From Synechococcus sp. (GTDB taxonomy: Bacteria > Cyanobacteriota > Cyanobacteriia > Thermostichales > PCC-7336): a stretch of DNA of 64,000 bases. The position numbers and the translations under genes are program-made. Position 1 is the stretch's first letter; each line of letters starts with the position of its first letter. The notes under the pieces are model-generated. The model did no database searches. It was given only the letters and a program-made list of their open reading frames with translations, and was not told the origin of the DNA. The stretch lies in contig JBFRWN010000032.1 of the NCBI GenBank assembly GCA_051439605.1, positions 96,001-160,000 of the forward strand, in the 5' to 3' direction. Below, piece after piece: positions 42,470 to 53,012 of the stretch.

Positions 42470-42865
42470 TTAATCTTCATCGTCATCAACCGCTTTACCG
42501 TCGGAGAGTTGTTTGAGATGAATGTGTTTGTAGCCCAACTGAATTTCAAATTCGTCACCAGGCTTAAGGTTCATCTTCTGGGTATAGGCAGCACCGATAA
42601 TTATCTGCCCATTACGATGAACGCTGACGCGGTACGTAGGTTCGCGACCGCGACGATCGCGGGCCATACCGGGTGTCAGTTCAATGCCTTTCGCAGCTAA
42701 AACAGCGTCGTAAAAATCGGTTAAATTTACGCGAGGCTTCTCGTCCTTAGTAAAGGAGACGTAACCACAACGTTTTGCTGTTTCCCGCTTATTCAAGTGG
42801 CCAAGTGATTCCACTTTCTGTAGTAAAGCTTTACCGGTCAACGGAGATTCTGGGATATCGGACAT
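42470..42865 (-). CDS. Cyanobacterial AbrB-like transcriptional regulator (cyAbrB)
   Basis: PLTGKALLQKV, AKRCGY, NGQIIIGAAYT and FEIQLGYKHIHL motifs. Confidence 0.95.
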   Translation of the reverse strand: MSDIPESPLTGKALLQKVESLGHLNKRETAKRCGYVSFTKDEKPRVNLTDFYDAVLAAKGIELTPGMARDRRGREPTYRVSVHRNGQIIIGAAYTQKMNLKPGDEFEIQLGYKHIHLKQLSDGKAVDDDED

Positions 42866-43267
42866 GTCTGTTTACACTACCAAGCTATTTCTACAATAGT
42901 CGATCTAAGTTCCATTTAGGCCATCTTTTTAAAACATATTGGAATTTATTCGTTTTATTTAGATTATTTCGACATTCCCAGAGGTGAACTTGGGATAAGA
43001 ATGAAATTCTTCTCCATCAGATCCACTCAAACAGACCTCGTTTTCATGCGCTTTCCGGCAGTAGATTGGATCGACTCCATTCACAAAGAATGGCCAATGC
43101 TAGAGCTCAGTCGCAAGTCACAGAAGGGATCGCAGCAATTCTAGGCATATATCCTTGTTCGTGGAGGTAAAAAAAATCGAAATCATTCACGTGAGTATAG
43201 ATTCCATCTATATGAGGGATTGCCCCCATCAGATACAATGATCCAGTTGTTTTACTGGCCCTCAACC

Positions 43268-44563
43268 TTGATCGAGCGTTATACCCTCCCCGAAATGGGG
43301 CAGCTTTGGACAGACACTTACAAGTTTCAAACCTGGCTACAGGTTGAAATTGCTGTTTGCGAAGCTCAGGCCCAGCTTCAGTTGATTCCAGGAGAGGCGG
43401 TTGAGGAAATCAAGCAGAAGGCAACATTTTCCACTGAGCGCATTCTAGACATCGAAGCTGAGGTTCAGCACGATATGATTGCGTTCTTAACCAACGTAAA
43501 TGAATCTGTTGGGGATGCTGGTCGCTATATACACTTAGGGTTAACCAGCTCCGACGTTCTCGATACTGCTTTATCTCTCCAGCTGGTAGCCTCTCTCGAT
43601 ATTTTGCTGGCTCGTTTAGAGGACACCATTCAAGCAATTCGTTACCAGGCACAGCAGCATCGCTATACCTTAATGGTGGGTCGCACCCACGGCATTCACG
43701 CTGAACCCATGACCTTTGGTTTTAAGCTGGCGGGCTGGCTCTCTGAATGTTTGCGCCATCGCGATCGCCTCGTACGCTTGCGCCAATCCGTCGCCGTCGG
43801 AAAAATCTCCGGTGCGGTGGGCACCTATGCCAACGTTTCCCCCGAAATCGAAAAACTCACTTGCGAGCGGTTAGGACTGACAGGGGATTTAGCCTCTACC
43901 CAAGTTATTTCTCGCGATCGCCATGCCGAGTACGTACAAGCACTAGCGCTTTTGGGGGCTTCTATCGAGCGCTTTGCAGTAGAGATCCGCAACCTGCAGC
44001 GGACGGACGTCTTGGAAGTAGAGGAATTCTTCGCTAAGGGTCAGAAGGGATCCTCTGCAATGCCTCACAAGCGCAACCCCATCAAGTCAGAACAGCTCAC
44101 CGGACTGGCTCGTCTGCTGCGGGGGTACACGGTGGCGGCCTTAGATAACGTAGCCCTCTGGCACGAGCGGGACATCTCTCACAGTTCGGTAGAGCGCACC
44201 ATACTGCCGGATTCGTCCATCTTGGCCCACTACATGTTGGTGAAGTTCACCAATGTAATTAGCAAGCTGCAGGTACATTCTGACAACATGCTGCGGAACC
44301 TCAATATTTACGGTGGTGCCATTTTCAGCCAACAGGTGCTGTTGGCACTGGTCAAGAAGGGGCTAACCCGCGAAGCGGCCTACGCACTCGTACAGCGCAA
44401 TGCCCACACTGCGTGGAATCAACCGGAGGGGAATTTCAAGCAAAATCTGCTAGAGGATACTGAAGTTGGCCAGTATCTCTCGGCAAAAGACTTAGAAGAA
44501 TGCTTTAATCCCAACCACTGTCTAACCCACATCGATACGATCTTCGATCGCTTAGACATATAG
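43268..44563 (+). CDS. purB: Adenylosuccinate lyase
   Basis: IERYTLPEM start, GRTHGIHAEP and GSSAMPHKRNP signature. Confidence 0.97.
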   Translation: MIERYTLPEMGQLWTDTYKFQTWLQVEIAVCEAQAQLQLIPGEAVEEIKQKATFSTERILDIEAEVQHDMIAFLTNVNESVGDAGRYIHLGLTSSDVLDTALSLQLVASLDILLARLEDTIQAIRYQAQQHRYTLMVGRTHGIHAEPMTFGFKLAGWLSECLRHRDRLVRLRQSVAVGKISGAVGTYANVSPEIEKLTCERLGLTGDLASTQVISRDRHAEYVQALALLGASIERFAVEIRNLQRTDVLEVEEFFAKGQKGSSAMPHKRNPIKSEQLTGLARLLRGYTVAALDNVALWHERDISHSSVERTILPDSSILAHYMLVKFTNVISKLQVHSDNMLRNLNIYGGAIFSQQVLLALVKKGLTREAAYALVQRNAHTAWNQPEGNFKQNLLEDTEVGQYLSAKDLEECFNPNHCLTHIDTIFDRLDI

Positions 44564-44572
44564 CAAACTGTC

Positions 44573-44623
44573 AGTCGATTGATTTAAAGTCGATTGATTT
44601 AAAGTCGATAATTTCAAGCCGAT
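44573..44623. repeat. Short tandem repeat (15-nt unit) downstream of purB
   Basis: AGTCGATTGATTTAA x2 plus two degenerate copies. Confidence 0.8.
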
Positions 44624-44743
44624 GGCGTATGAGCCCGTTTAAGTCGCTTGGTTCATTTCAGTGTTAGCGGCTTTAATCCTTGTGCAATCATCGGGGGCGT
44701 CAACTATCTTCAGGGTCTCACATCCGCCACACCCTCAAATTTT

Positions 44744-44757
44744 GTAATAACAGTTAC
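44744..44757. promoter_or_regulatory. Putative NtcA box
   Basis: t-GTA-ATAACAGT-TAC-a. Confidence 0.55.
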
Positions 44758-44819
44758 AGTTTGCATCAAGTTGCAACTGTTTATGTCTATTAATAATAGG
44801 CTCGTGTGATAATGATTTT

Positions 44820-44833
44820 GTAGCGTGAGATAC
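44820..44833. promoter_or_regulatory. Putative second NtcA box abutting the small ORF start
   Basis: t-GTA-GCGTGAGA-TAC, ending 4 nt before ATG 44838. Confidence 0.45.
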
Positions 44834-44837
44834 GATA

Positions 44838-44933
44838 ATGAAAGTCGACTATAACTCCGATACTTCTGGTGAGCTGACTGCGATCGGGTATGGCGTGTTC
44901 ATGGTGCTGCTGATTTTAGTCGTGTTGCTGTAA
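44838..44933 (+). CDS. Putative 31-aa single-TM microprotein
   Basis: MKVDYNSDTSGELTAIGYGVFMVLLILVVLL*; below the ORF-track cutoff; followed by a terminator. Confidence 0.6.
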   Translation: MKVDYNSDTSGELTAIGYGVFMVLLILVVLL

Positions 44934-44972
44934 TCCCCTTGTCAGTCTGACCAGCACTCTCCGCTCTGTGCT

Positions 44973-45011
44973 AATAAACTGTAGATCGACGTTATCTACA
45001 GTTTTTTTATT
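44973..45011 (+). terminator. Intrinsic terminator after the microprotein ORF
   Basis: AAACTGTAGAT-CGACGTT-ATCTACAGTTT followed by a T tract. Confidence 0.75.
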
Positions 45012-45176
45012 GTCCATTCACCGGATATCCATTCACTAACTCTTTGTAGTTCGCGAAAACCTTATTGTATGAATCGTTCGATTTCTTCCATTACTTACAG
45101 CTAAACAGCAACCCTGCTTAGAATAAGGTTCCGAAATCATAGCGTAAGCTGAAAAGAGACTTGTTGATTTCCTCAG

Positions 45177-46430
45177 ATGACACAATCTCCTGTTTCCTCC
45201 GAATCCTCCGATCGCCCCAGAGAGCTGCGCCGCTCCCTGCGCCGTTCCGAAACCTACTACGCCAAAGGATTTCCCGAATTGCAGGATGAAATCCGCGACG
45301 AGCTGCAGACGGAATATAAAAGCGAGTTAGTGGAAACCATCCGTAACAACGGCAACACCTATACTGTGGGAGACGTCACCATCAAGCTGGCAAGTTCCTT
45401 TGGTTTTTGCTGGGGGGTGGAACGCGCGGTGGAATACGCCTACGAAGCCCGCCGGCGATTCCCCGATCGTAAACTGTGGATCACGAACGAAATCATCCAC
45501 AATCCCCAGGTGAACGAACAGCTCAGCAACATGGGGATTCAATTTGTGTCACACCAGGACGGTAGCAAAGACTTTTCCAAGATTTCATCTGAGGATGTGG
45601 TGCTGTGGCCCGCATTTGGTGCCAGCCTGCAGGAGATGGAATTTTTCCAAAACAACGGCAATGAAATTGTCGATACTACCTGTCCTTGGGTCTCCCGGGT
45701 TTGGAACCAATTGGATAAGCACCGCCAGCGGGATTTCACCTCCATCATTCACGGCAAATACACCCACGAGGAAACCATTGCTACCAGCTCTTTTGCCGAA
45801 ACCTATCTGGTGGTTCTAGATATGGAACAGGCTCGCTACGTAGCCAACTACATCTTGCATGCCCAGGACGACCCCGACAGTCACGGGCAGAAACGGGTGG
45901 AGTTTATCGGCAAATTTGAGCGCGCGATGTCCCCTGGCTTTGACCCAGACCGAGATTTGCTGCGCATCGGCATCGCCAACCAGACCACCATGTTGGAAGG
46001 GGAAACCAAAGCGATCGCCAAGCTGTTTGAAACCACCATGCTGCGCAAGTACGGCCCGCAAACTGTAGACGAGCATTTCATCAGCTTCAACACCATCTGT
46101 AACGCTACTCAAGAGCGTCAGGATGCCATGTTCGAGCTGATTGAAGAGAAGCTGGATGTCATGGTGGTGATTGGTGGTTTCAATTCCTCCAATACCACCC
46201 ACCTGCAGGAAATTGCCATCGACAGAGGGCACAGATCGTTTCACATCGATGGTCCCGCCTGCATCCGCGACGACAATAGCATTCGCCACCAAGCTTTGCA
46301 TGCCGGTATCGAAGTTACCGAAAACTGGCTGCCCTCCGGCCCTATCACGGTCGGTATCACCTCCGGGGCCTCTACGCCCGATCGCATGGTGTCAGACGCG
46401 ATCGAGCGAATTTTTTCCCTCAAGTCCTAG
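45177..46430 (+). CDS. ispH: 4-hydroxy-3-methylbut-2-enyl diphosphate reductase
   Basis: [23 protein letters not shown] and GITSGASTP motifs. Confidence 0.97.
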   Translation: MTQSPVSSESSDRPRELRRSLRRSETYYAKGFPELQDEIRDELQTEYKSELVETIRNNGNTYTVGDVTIKLASSFGFCWGVERAVEYAYEARRRFPDRKLWITNEIIHNPQVNEQLSNMGIQFVSHQDGSKDFSKISSEDVVLWPAFGASLQEMEFFQNNGNEIVDTTCPWVSRVWNQLDKHRQRDFTSIIHGKYTHEETIATSSFAETYLVVLDMEQARYVANYILHAQDDPDSHGQKRVEFIGKFERAMSPGFDPDRDLLRIGIANQTTMLEGETKAIAKLFETTMLRKYGPQTVDEHFISFNTICNATQERQDAMFELIEEKLDVMVVIGGFNSSNTTHLQEIAIDRGHRSFHIDGPACIRDDNSIRHQALHAGIEVTENWLPSGPITVGITSGASTPDRMVSDAIERIFSLKS

Positions 46431-46513
46431 CCATCTTCAATCTCCAAAGCTGTAATCGCCGTTAAACAATACTGGGATGAAGAGAGGGGACCTGGGCTGA
46501 ATTCTTTACCACT

Positions 46514-47890
46514 CTAGAAGCTGCTGTGGCTCATGGCATAGGCCTTCAGCTTATCAGCCACAGATCGCACGGAAATTTTGTCGATCGCCTCCGCCGCAAA
46601 CGCATAGGTCAGTAGTTGCTTCGCTTGTGCCAGACCCAACCCGCGACTTTGCAAGTAAAACACTTCATCCGGCATCAGCTGACTCACCGTTGCACCGTGG
46701 GCGCATTTGACGTCATCCGCAAAAATCTCTAGCTGAGGCTTGGTATCTACCCGAGCTTTATCGGAAAGCAGTAGATTGCGGCTGGACTGACTGCTATCAA
46801 TTTTTTGGGCATCCGGTCGAACGATCACCTTGCCGTTAAAGACGCTGTGGGCGCGATCGCCCACGATACATTTGTGAACTTGGTTGCTGGTGCCGTAGGG
46901 ATTAGCGTGGTCAATTGCCGTATGAGTATCCGATAGTTGAGAGTCGGTGGCGATGGTTAAACCATTCAGGATGGAGTGAACGTTGACCCCCTGTTGCACC
47001 GTTTCTAGCGTGTGGCGGGACAGCTTTCCACCGATGCTAATGGTGTGGCCAGTGTAGCGGCTGTCTCTCGCTTGGTCGATCGCTGTACGAGCAACGTGGA
47101 AGCTAGCCTCCGCCTCCGCTTGCCACATGCAATGCTCTAAGTGAGCGTTATCTGCTAGCGCAATCTCAGTGACAGCGTTAGTCAAGTAGGCAGCATCTCC
47201 CGCCCCCACAAACTGTTCTACCACCCTGGCGCTACTACCTTGCTCCATCACGATCGTGCAGCGAGGATAAGAGATGCTGGGAGTGAATCCCGACACCGAG
47301 ACAAACGAGATCTGAATGGGAACATCCACCACACAATTTTTCGCCACGTGCAGTACGGCAATGTCCTGCAAACAGGCAGAGTTCAGCAGCGTAAATGCAT
47401 CCTTTCCACCGGCAGCATCAATGGTGAAATGCGATCGCATCCGTTCCTGCTGTTCTGCGTTTAGCGCAGACAGGCTACCAGCAGTTACTCCAGCAGGTAA
47501 CCCAGACAAGTTAGATAAGGCAGCTGAAAAATAACCGTTGACAAAGACCAAGCGAGTTTGATGGGCTTCGGGAATATCGAGTGCAACCAAGCTATTGGTG
47601 GAAACTCCTGTCTCGGCTGGCCCAAACCGGACCGCCTTCAGGGCTGCCAGGTTGGTGAAGCGCCAATCTTCGTCCCGCAGTGTGGGCCAAGTCATGAGGC
47701 GGACGCGATTGGCGGCAGCTTGTCGTAAAGGCTCCAGCCAGTTAGCGATCCCGTCGGCACAAACAGCTTTCTGTGCAAGCAAATCGGCGATCGCCAATTG
47801 AGAGTCTTGAACCGTAGCATGTGTAGCTGCGATTCCATCTGCGTTAGAGAGTGGGGTGCTAGAAGTTGTTGTGTTGGAGGGTGCCATCAT
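46514..47890 (-). CDS. sufD: Fe-S cluster assembly protein SufD
   Basis: EDWRFT and DTKPQLEIFADDVKCAHGATV motifs; operon context. Confidence 0.96.
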   Translation of the reverse strand: MMAPSNTTTSSTPLSNADGIAATHATVQDSQLAIADLLAQKAVCADGIANWLEPLRQAAANRVRLMTWPTLRDEDWRFTNLAALKAVRFGPAETGVSTNSLVALDIPEAHQTRLVFVNGYFSAALSNLSGLPAGVTAGSLSALNAEQQERMRSHFTIDAAGGKDAFTLLNSACLQDIAVLHVAKNCVVDVPIQISFVSVSGFTPSISYPRCTIVMEQGSSARVVEQFVGAGDAAYLTNAVTEIALADNAHLEHCMWQAEAEASFHVARTAIDQARDSRYTGHTISIGGKLSRHTLETVQQGVNVHSILNGLTIATDSQLSDTHTAIDHANPYGTSNQVHKCIVGDRAHSVFNGKVIVRPDAQKIDSSQSSRNLLLSDKARVDTKPQLEIFADDVKCAHGATVSQLMPDEVFYLQSRGLGLAQAKQLLTYAFAAEAIDKISVRSVADKLKAYAMSHSSF

Positions 47891-48702
47891 TAGTGTGCCG
47901 CTACAGCCTCCATCTCATCGGTTTTCAACTGACCGTGTATCTCATCAATCCAGTCATAACCCTTCTCTTCCAGTTCCAGCGCCAGTTCCTTGCCACCGGT
48001 TCGGATGATTTTCCCCGCATGCATGACGTGAACGAAGTCCGGCACGATGTAATCCAGTAACCGCTGGTAGTGGGTAATCAAGATATTGGCGTTGGTCTCG
48101 TTGGCAAGCTGATTCACACCGTTAGACACAATGCGCAGTGCGTCGATATCCAAGCCAGAGTCCGTCTCGTCCAAAATCGACAGCGTGGGCTCCAGCACAG
48201 CCATCTGCAGAATCTCGTTACGTTTCTTCTCGCCACCGGAAAATCCGCTGTTGACGCTGCGCTCCAAGAAGCTGGGGTTCATCTCCACCACAGACAGCTT
48301 CTCTTCTAGCAAATCGCTAAAGTCAAACGGATCCAGTTCCTCAAGTCCGCGATAGGTACGCACGGCATTGCAAGACAGACGCAGAAACTCTTCGTTGCTG
48401 ACCCCAGGTACCTCAATCGGATATTGAAAGGCCAGAAATACCCCCGCCCGCGCGCGATCTTCGGGCTCCATCTCCAGCAGATTTTCACCTTTGTAAATCA
48501 CCTCACCACCGGTGACTTCGTAATCGGGGTGGCCGGCTAGCACCTTGGAGAAGGTGCTCTTGCCCGAGCCGTTGCGTCCCATAATGGCGTGAATTTCGCC
48601 TTCTTTGACCTCTACATTAATGCCCTTCAGCACTGGCGTACCGTCCACTGAGGCGGTCAAGTTCTTGACCGATAAAATCACCTTGCTTTTGTCCCGAATC
48701 AT
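47890..48702 (-). CDS. sufC: Fe-S cluster assembly ATPase SufC
   Basis: [21 protein letters not shown] and [13 protein letters not shown] motifs. Confidence 0.97.
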   Translation of the reverse strand: MIRDKSKVILSVKNLTASVDGTPVLKGINVEVKEGEIHAIMGRNGSGKSTFSKVLAGHPDYEVTGGEVIYKGENLLEMEPEDRARAGVFLAFQYPIEVPGVSNEEFLRLSCNAVRTYRGLEELDPFDFSDLLEEKLSVVEMNPSFLERSVNSGFSGGEKKRNEILQMAVLEPTLSILDETDSGLDIDALRIVSNGVNQLANETNANILITHYQRLLDYIVPDFVHVMHAGKIIRTGGKELALELEEKGYDWIDEIHGQLKTDEMEAVAAH

Positions 48703-48827
48703 GGATGGTACTTGTCCTTAACGTTCTGCCATTACTAGGAGTGCAATCAACCAGAGAACCATGTAGAGCCGATATAAAGCGAACCCAGAGGCTCAATGCT
48801 CCAAGACCTCTGCTCTTGGATAGAGAA

Positions 48828-50267
48828 TTAACCCACCGAGTTTTCTAGCTTGAGGCTCAAAAGCTTATCGGCTTCCGAGGCAAATTCCATCGGCAACTGG
48901 TTGAACACGTCTTTACAGAATCCGTTCACGATCATCGAAACTGCATCCTCGGCGGAAATGCCACGCTGCAAGAAGTAGAAGATCTGGTCTTCGCTGATTT
49001 TTGAGGTTGATGCTTCGTGTTCGATGGTGGCGCTGGAATTCTGTGACTGGATGTAGGGAAAGGTGCTGGCTTCGCAACGATCGCCAATCAGCATCGAGTC
49101 ACATTGGGTGTAGTTGCGCGCTCCGAAGGCTTTAGGACCCACTTTCACCAAACCGCGATAGCTGTTGTTGGATTTCCCGGCAGAAATGCCTTTGGAAATA
49201 ATCGTACTGGAGGTGTTCTTGCCGATGTGCACCATCTTGGTGCCGGTGTCCGCCTCTTGCCGGTTGTTGGTCAGGGCAACGGAATAAAATTCGCCAACGG
49301 AGTTATCCCCCACCAATACGCAGCTGGGATATTTCCAGGTAATGGCAGAGCCGGTTTCCACCTGCGTCCAGGAAATCTTGGAATTTACCCCTTTGCAAAG
49401 GCCGCGCTTGGTCACAAAGTTGTAGATGCCCCCTTTGCCGTTCTCGTCCCCTGCATACCAGTTCTGTACGGTGGAATACTTGATTTCAGCATCGTCTAAG
49501 GCAACCAGCTCGACAACGGCTGCATGCAGCTGGTTGGTGTCGAACATCGGAGCTGTGCAGCCTTCCAGATAGGTAACCGAGCTGCGCTCTTCTGCCACAA
49601 TCAGCGTCCGTTCGAATTGTCCTGACTCACCGTTGTTAATCCGGAAGTAGGTAGACAGATCCATGGGACATTTGACGCCCTTGGGGATGTAAACAAACGA
49701 CCCGTCGCTGAAGACAGCGGAGTTGAGGGCAGCGAAAAAGTTATCGCCAACGGGTACGACGCTGCCGAGATATTTCCGAACCAGTTCGGGATGTTCTTCG
49801 ACTGCCTCAGAAATCGAGCAGAAAATAATGCCGTGCTTGGCTAGATCCTCCTTGAACGTAGTTGCGATCGATACGCTGTCGAAGACTGCATCGACGGCAA
49901 CGTTGCCCAATCGCTTTTGCTCTGATAGCGGAATTCCCAACTTGTCGAAGGTTGCCAGCAGTTCGGGGTCTAGCTCGTCTAGGCTGCTAACCTTTTTGCC
50001 CGCTTGCTTGGGGGCAGAGTAGTAAACAATATCCTGGTAGTCGAGCGCCGGATAGTCGAGGTTGGGCCAGTGGGGCTCTTCCATCTCCAGCCACTTGCGA
50101 TAGGCCTTGAGGCGGAACTCTAAGAGAAATTCAGGCTCGTTTTTTTTGGCCGAAATTAGCCGCACAACATCTTCACTCAGTCCTTTGGGGATTGAGTCGG
50201 ATTCGACACGGGAGACGAACCCGTACTTGTAAGGTTGGTTAACGAGGGTTGTAACTGAGGCTGTCAC
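48828..50267 (-). CDS. sufB: Fe-S cluster assembly protein SufB
   Basis: [19 protein letters not shown] and [15 protein letters not shown] motifs; no intein seen. Confidence 0.98.
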   Translation of the reverse strand: MTASVTTLVNQPYKYGFVSRVESDSIPKGLSEDVVRLISAKKNEPEFLLEFRLKAYRKWLEMEEPHWPNLDYPALDYQDIVYYSAPKQAGKKVSSLDELDPELLATFDKLGIPLSEQKRLGNVAVDAVFDSVSIATTFKEDLAKHGIIFCSISEAVEEHPELVRKYLGSVVPVGDNFFAALNSAVFSDGSFVYIPKGVKCPMDLSTYFRINNGESGQFERTLIVAEERSSVTYLEGCTAPMFDTNQLHAAVVELVALDDAEIKYSTVQNWYAGDENGKGGIYNFVTKRGLCKGVNSKISWTQVETGSAITWKYPSCVLVGDNSVGEFYSVALTNNRQEADTGTKMVHIGKNTSSTIISKGISAGKSNNSYRGLVKVGPKAFGARNYTQCDSMLIGDRCEASTFPYIQSQNSSATIEHEASTSKISEDQIFYFLQRGISAEDAVSMIVNGFCKDVFNQLPMEFASEADKLLSLKLENSVG

Positions 50268-50394
50268 CTAGAGAAACCTCCGGCAATTGTGCTGTGGGAC
50301 ATCGGGGTCTGCGCCCCCAAAGTTGGATAGAGGCAAGCCCCGCTGAGGTGGGGAAGCAACTGAAACGATAATCGTCAGCAATTGTATACTTAAA

Positions 50395-50447
50395 CAACAT
50401 ACCCATTGCTAAACTCATGCTAGATCACTTTAGCAACATTCGTGTTG
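50395..50447. promoter_or_regulatory. Pair of SufR operator sites
   Basis: CAAC-ATACCC-ATTG (50395-50408) and CAAC-ATTCGT-GTTG (50434-50447), matching CAAC-N6-GTTG, 25 nt apart. Confidence 0.85.
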
Positions 50448-50481
50448 TTTAACTCGCAAAATCAGTCTGTAGAGCGTTACC

Positions 50482-51189
50482 GTGAGTTCATCCCCCCACC
50501 ACTTGCCCAATGCCGAGGACTCTAAATCTTCGGCGACTGTGGCCATGAATCGGCATCACCCCGGACATGCCAAGCAGGTGATGTTGCAGCTATTGCGCAA
50601 GCATCCCTCTCTATCTGCTCAGCAGCTGGCAGACCTGTTGGATATCAGCGTGCAGGCGGTGCGGCGCCACTTAAAAGATTTAGAGGCAGATGGAAGTGTT
50701 GCCCGAGAAACAGTATCTAAGGGGATGGGACGCCCTCAATACGTTTACGTTCTGACGCAAGCGGGCCTGGACCAATTTCCGAAACACTACGATGAATTTG
50801 CGGTCACGTTTTTAAGTGCAATGGCTGACCGGGTGGGGCCAGACCAAATGGAAGAGGTCTTGCACGATCAGTGGCAGCAAAAGGCGTCGCAATATAAGGC
50901 CAAGATAGGTCGCGGGCCACTGCGCGATCGCATTGCGTCTCTTGCGGCATTACGGACTCAAGAAGGGTACATGGTGGATTGGTACCCCCTAGAGACCGAA
51001 GGACAAGGGGAGCAATATATGTTTTCTGAGTACAACTGTGCAATCAGTCAAGTGGCCGAGACTTTTCCCAGCGTGTGTGGCCACGAATTAGAAATGTTGC
51101 AGGAGGTCTTCTCCGATAGCTCCGTAGAACGCACCCATTGGATGGTAGGGGATTCCCATCAATGCGGTTATGTGATTGCCGTCAAATAG
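50482..51189 (+). CDS. sufR: Fe-S cluster biosynthesis transcriptional regulator SufR
   Basis: HTH (QAVRRHLKDLE, MGRPQYVY); Cys ligands in NCAI, VCGHEL and QCGY; divergent from sufB. Confidence 0.96.
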   Translation: MSSSPHHLPNAEDSKSSATVAMNRHHPGHAKQVMLQLLRKHPSLSAQQLADLLDISVQAVRRHLKDLEADGSVARETVSKGMGRPQYVYVLTQAGLDQFPKHYDEFAVTFLSAMADRVGPDQMEEVLHDQWQQKASQYKAKIGRGPLRDRIASLAALRTQEGYMVDWYPLETEGQGEQYMFSEYNCAISQVAETFPSVCGHELEMLQEVFSDSSVERTHWMVGDSHQCGYVIAVK

Positions 51190-51563
51190 CCCTATCTATT
51201 GATGAATGAACTACCTAAGCAGACAAGGGATTTGCTAGAGGGCCTTCTATTCACCTACATCATATCTACTAGGGAGAATCCAGCGAGCTTCCTGTTTTTT
51301 CAGCCTGTTTGAGACAGGCCAGTAAGTATTTACAGCTATTGACGAAATACCTCTTATCTAAGCGTGTCATCCCTACTGTTTTCGAAATATTTCTAAACAA
51401 TTTGCGGGCTAGAATCTCAATTTGTTAGCAGGTTCTCATCCCCACGCAGCAAGCTTCCGAAGCTGTGTTACGATGCCCGCGTAATTCGGCAATCGGCTCC
51501 CGCTAAGCGCGGTGATTAGCCGGAGTTTTTTTTAAGAAACTTTGCAAAACGGGAGAACTCACC

Positions 51564-52796
51564 TTGAGTCTGAGAGTAGCTGTAGTGGGCGGAGGCCCCG
51601 CGGGATCTTGCGCAGCCGAAGTGCTAGCGAAAGCTGGTATAGAGACCTATTTATTTGAGCGCAAGCTTGATAACGCCAAGCCTTGTGGCGGTGCAATTCC
51701 CCTTTGCATGGTGGATGAGTTCCAATTGCCGGAAGAGATCATCGATCGCAAAGTGCGCCGCATGAAGATGATCTCCCCCTCTAACCATGAGGTCAACATC
51801 GCAGTTGAACGCGATCACGAATACATCGGCATGACCCGCCGCGAGATTTTGGATGGCTTCCTGCGCAAGCGTGCTGAAGAATTGGGCGCCAAGGTCATCA
51901 ACGCCGTTGTCATCGATATCGAAGTTCCTAAAAATCCTGACGATACCAGCCAGCCCTACGCGATCAACTACAGCCTTAAGGGCAAGGGCACCGACACTCC
52001 CGATCGCCTCGGTTCACTCGAAGTTGACCTCGTGATCGGTGCCGGTGGTTTCTACTGCAAAGTGGCCGAAGCCATTGATGCGGGGGATTACAACTACGCG
52101 ATCGCCTTCCAAGAGCGCATCCGTATCCCCGACGACAAAATGGCCTACTACGAAGATTTGGCTGAAATGTATGTCGGTAACGATGTGTCCAGCGACTTCT
52201 ATGCCTGGGTGTTCCCCAAGAGCGACCACGTTTCTGTGGGCACTGGCACCATGAAGGTCAACAAGGCCGATATCAAAAAGCTGCAGCAGGGTATTCGCGA
52301 GCGCGCCGCCGAGAAAATCCGCGGCGGCGAAGTCATCAAGGTTGAAGCTCACCCAATTCCCGAGCATCCCCGCCCCCGTCGAGTTGTGGGTCGCGCTGCT
52401 CTCGTAGGTGACTCTGCTGGCTACGTGACCAAGTCCTCCGGCGAAGGGATTTACTTTGCAGCGAAGTCCGGTCGCATGTGCGCTGAGACTATTGTGGAGT
52501 TGTCCAAGAACGGCGAGCGCATCCCCACTGAGAAGGACCTGAAGGTTTATCTCAAGCGTTGGGATCGCCAGTACGGCCTCACCTACAAGGTGCTGGATAT
52601 TCTGCAGCGGGTGTTCTATGCCTCTGACGCCACTCGCGAAGCATTTGTCGAGATGTGCGATGACCCCGACGTACAAAAGTTGACCTTTGACTCTTACCTG
52701 TACAAGACCGTAGTGCCCGCCAACCCCATCAAGCAACTCAAGATTACTGCTAAAACTATTGGCAGCCTTCTGCGCGGGAACGCATTGGCCCCTTAG
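51564..52796 (+). CDS. chlP: Geranylgeranyl diphosphate reductase
   Basis: VVGGGPAG, AKPCGGAIP, SGEGIYFAAKSGR; C-terminal LLRGNALAP. Confidence 0.97.
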   Translation: MSLRVAVVGGGPAGSCAAEVLAKAGIETYLFERKLDNAKPCGGAIPLCMVDEFQLPEEIIDRKVRRMKMISPSNHEVNIAVERDHEYIGMTRREILDGFLRKRAEELGAKVINAVVIDIEVPKNPDDTSQPYAINYSLKGKGTDTPDRLGSLEVDLVIGAGGFYCKVAEAIDAGDYNYAIAFQERIRIPDDKMAYYEDLAEMYVGNDVSSDFYAWVFPKSDHVSVGTGTMKVNKADIKKLQQGIRERAAEKIRGGEVIKVEAHPIPEHPRPRRVVGRAALVGDSAGYVTKSSGEGIYFAAKSGRMCAETIVELSKNGERIPTEKDLKVYLKRWDRQYGLTYKVLDILQRVFYASDATREAFVEMCDDPDVQKLTFDSYLYKTVVPANPIKQLKITAKTIGSLLRGNALAP

Positions 52797-53012
52797 GCTA
52801 ACCTGGGGCCACAATTGAGATGAGTTCCTGCTCGACGAAAGTGCTGGTTCCTAAAGACCGCCTCATCCTCGCGGATTTTGCACCGGTCGAACCTGACCAT
52901 TTGAACCTAGCTAAATGGGGGCGCCAGAGATGCGCCCCTGTTTTACGATCGGAAAGCTCGCTGGCGATCGCCGCGAATTTCATGACTTCACTCCCCCCTA
53001 TCCCCAGAGCTA

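Noticed and set aside
44573..44623. Possible CRISPR mini-array
   Set aside because: Units are contiguous 15-mers without spacers; no cas genes in the window
52014..52814. 266-aa ORF antisense to chlP
   Set aside because: Shadow frame of a codon-biased gene; no recognisable motifs
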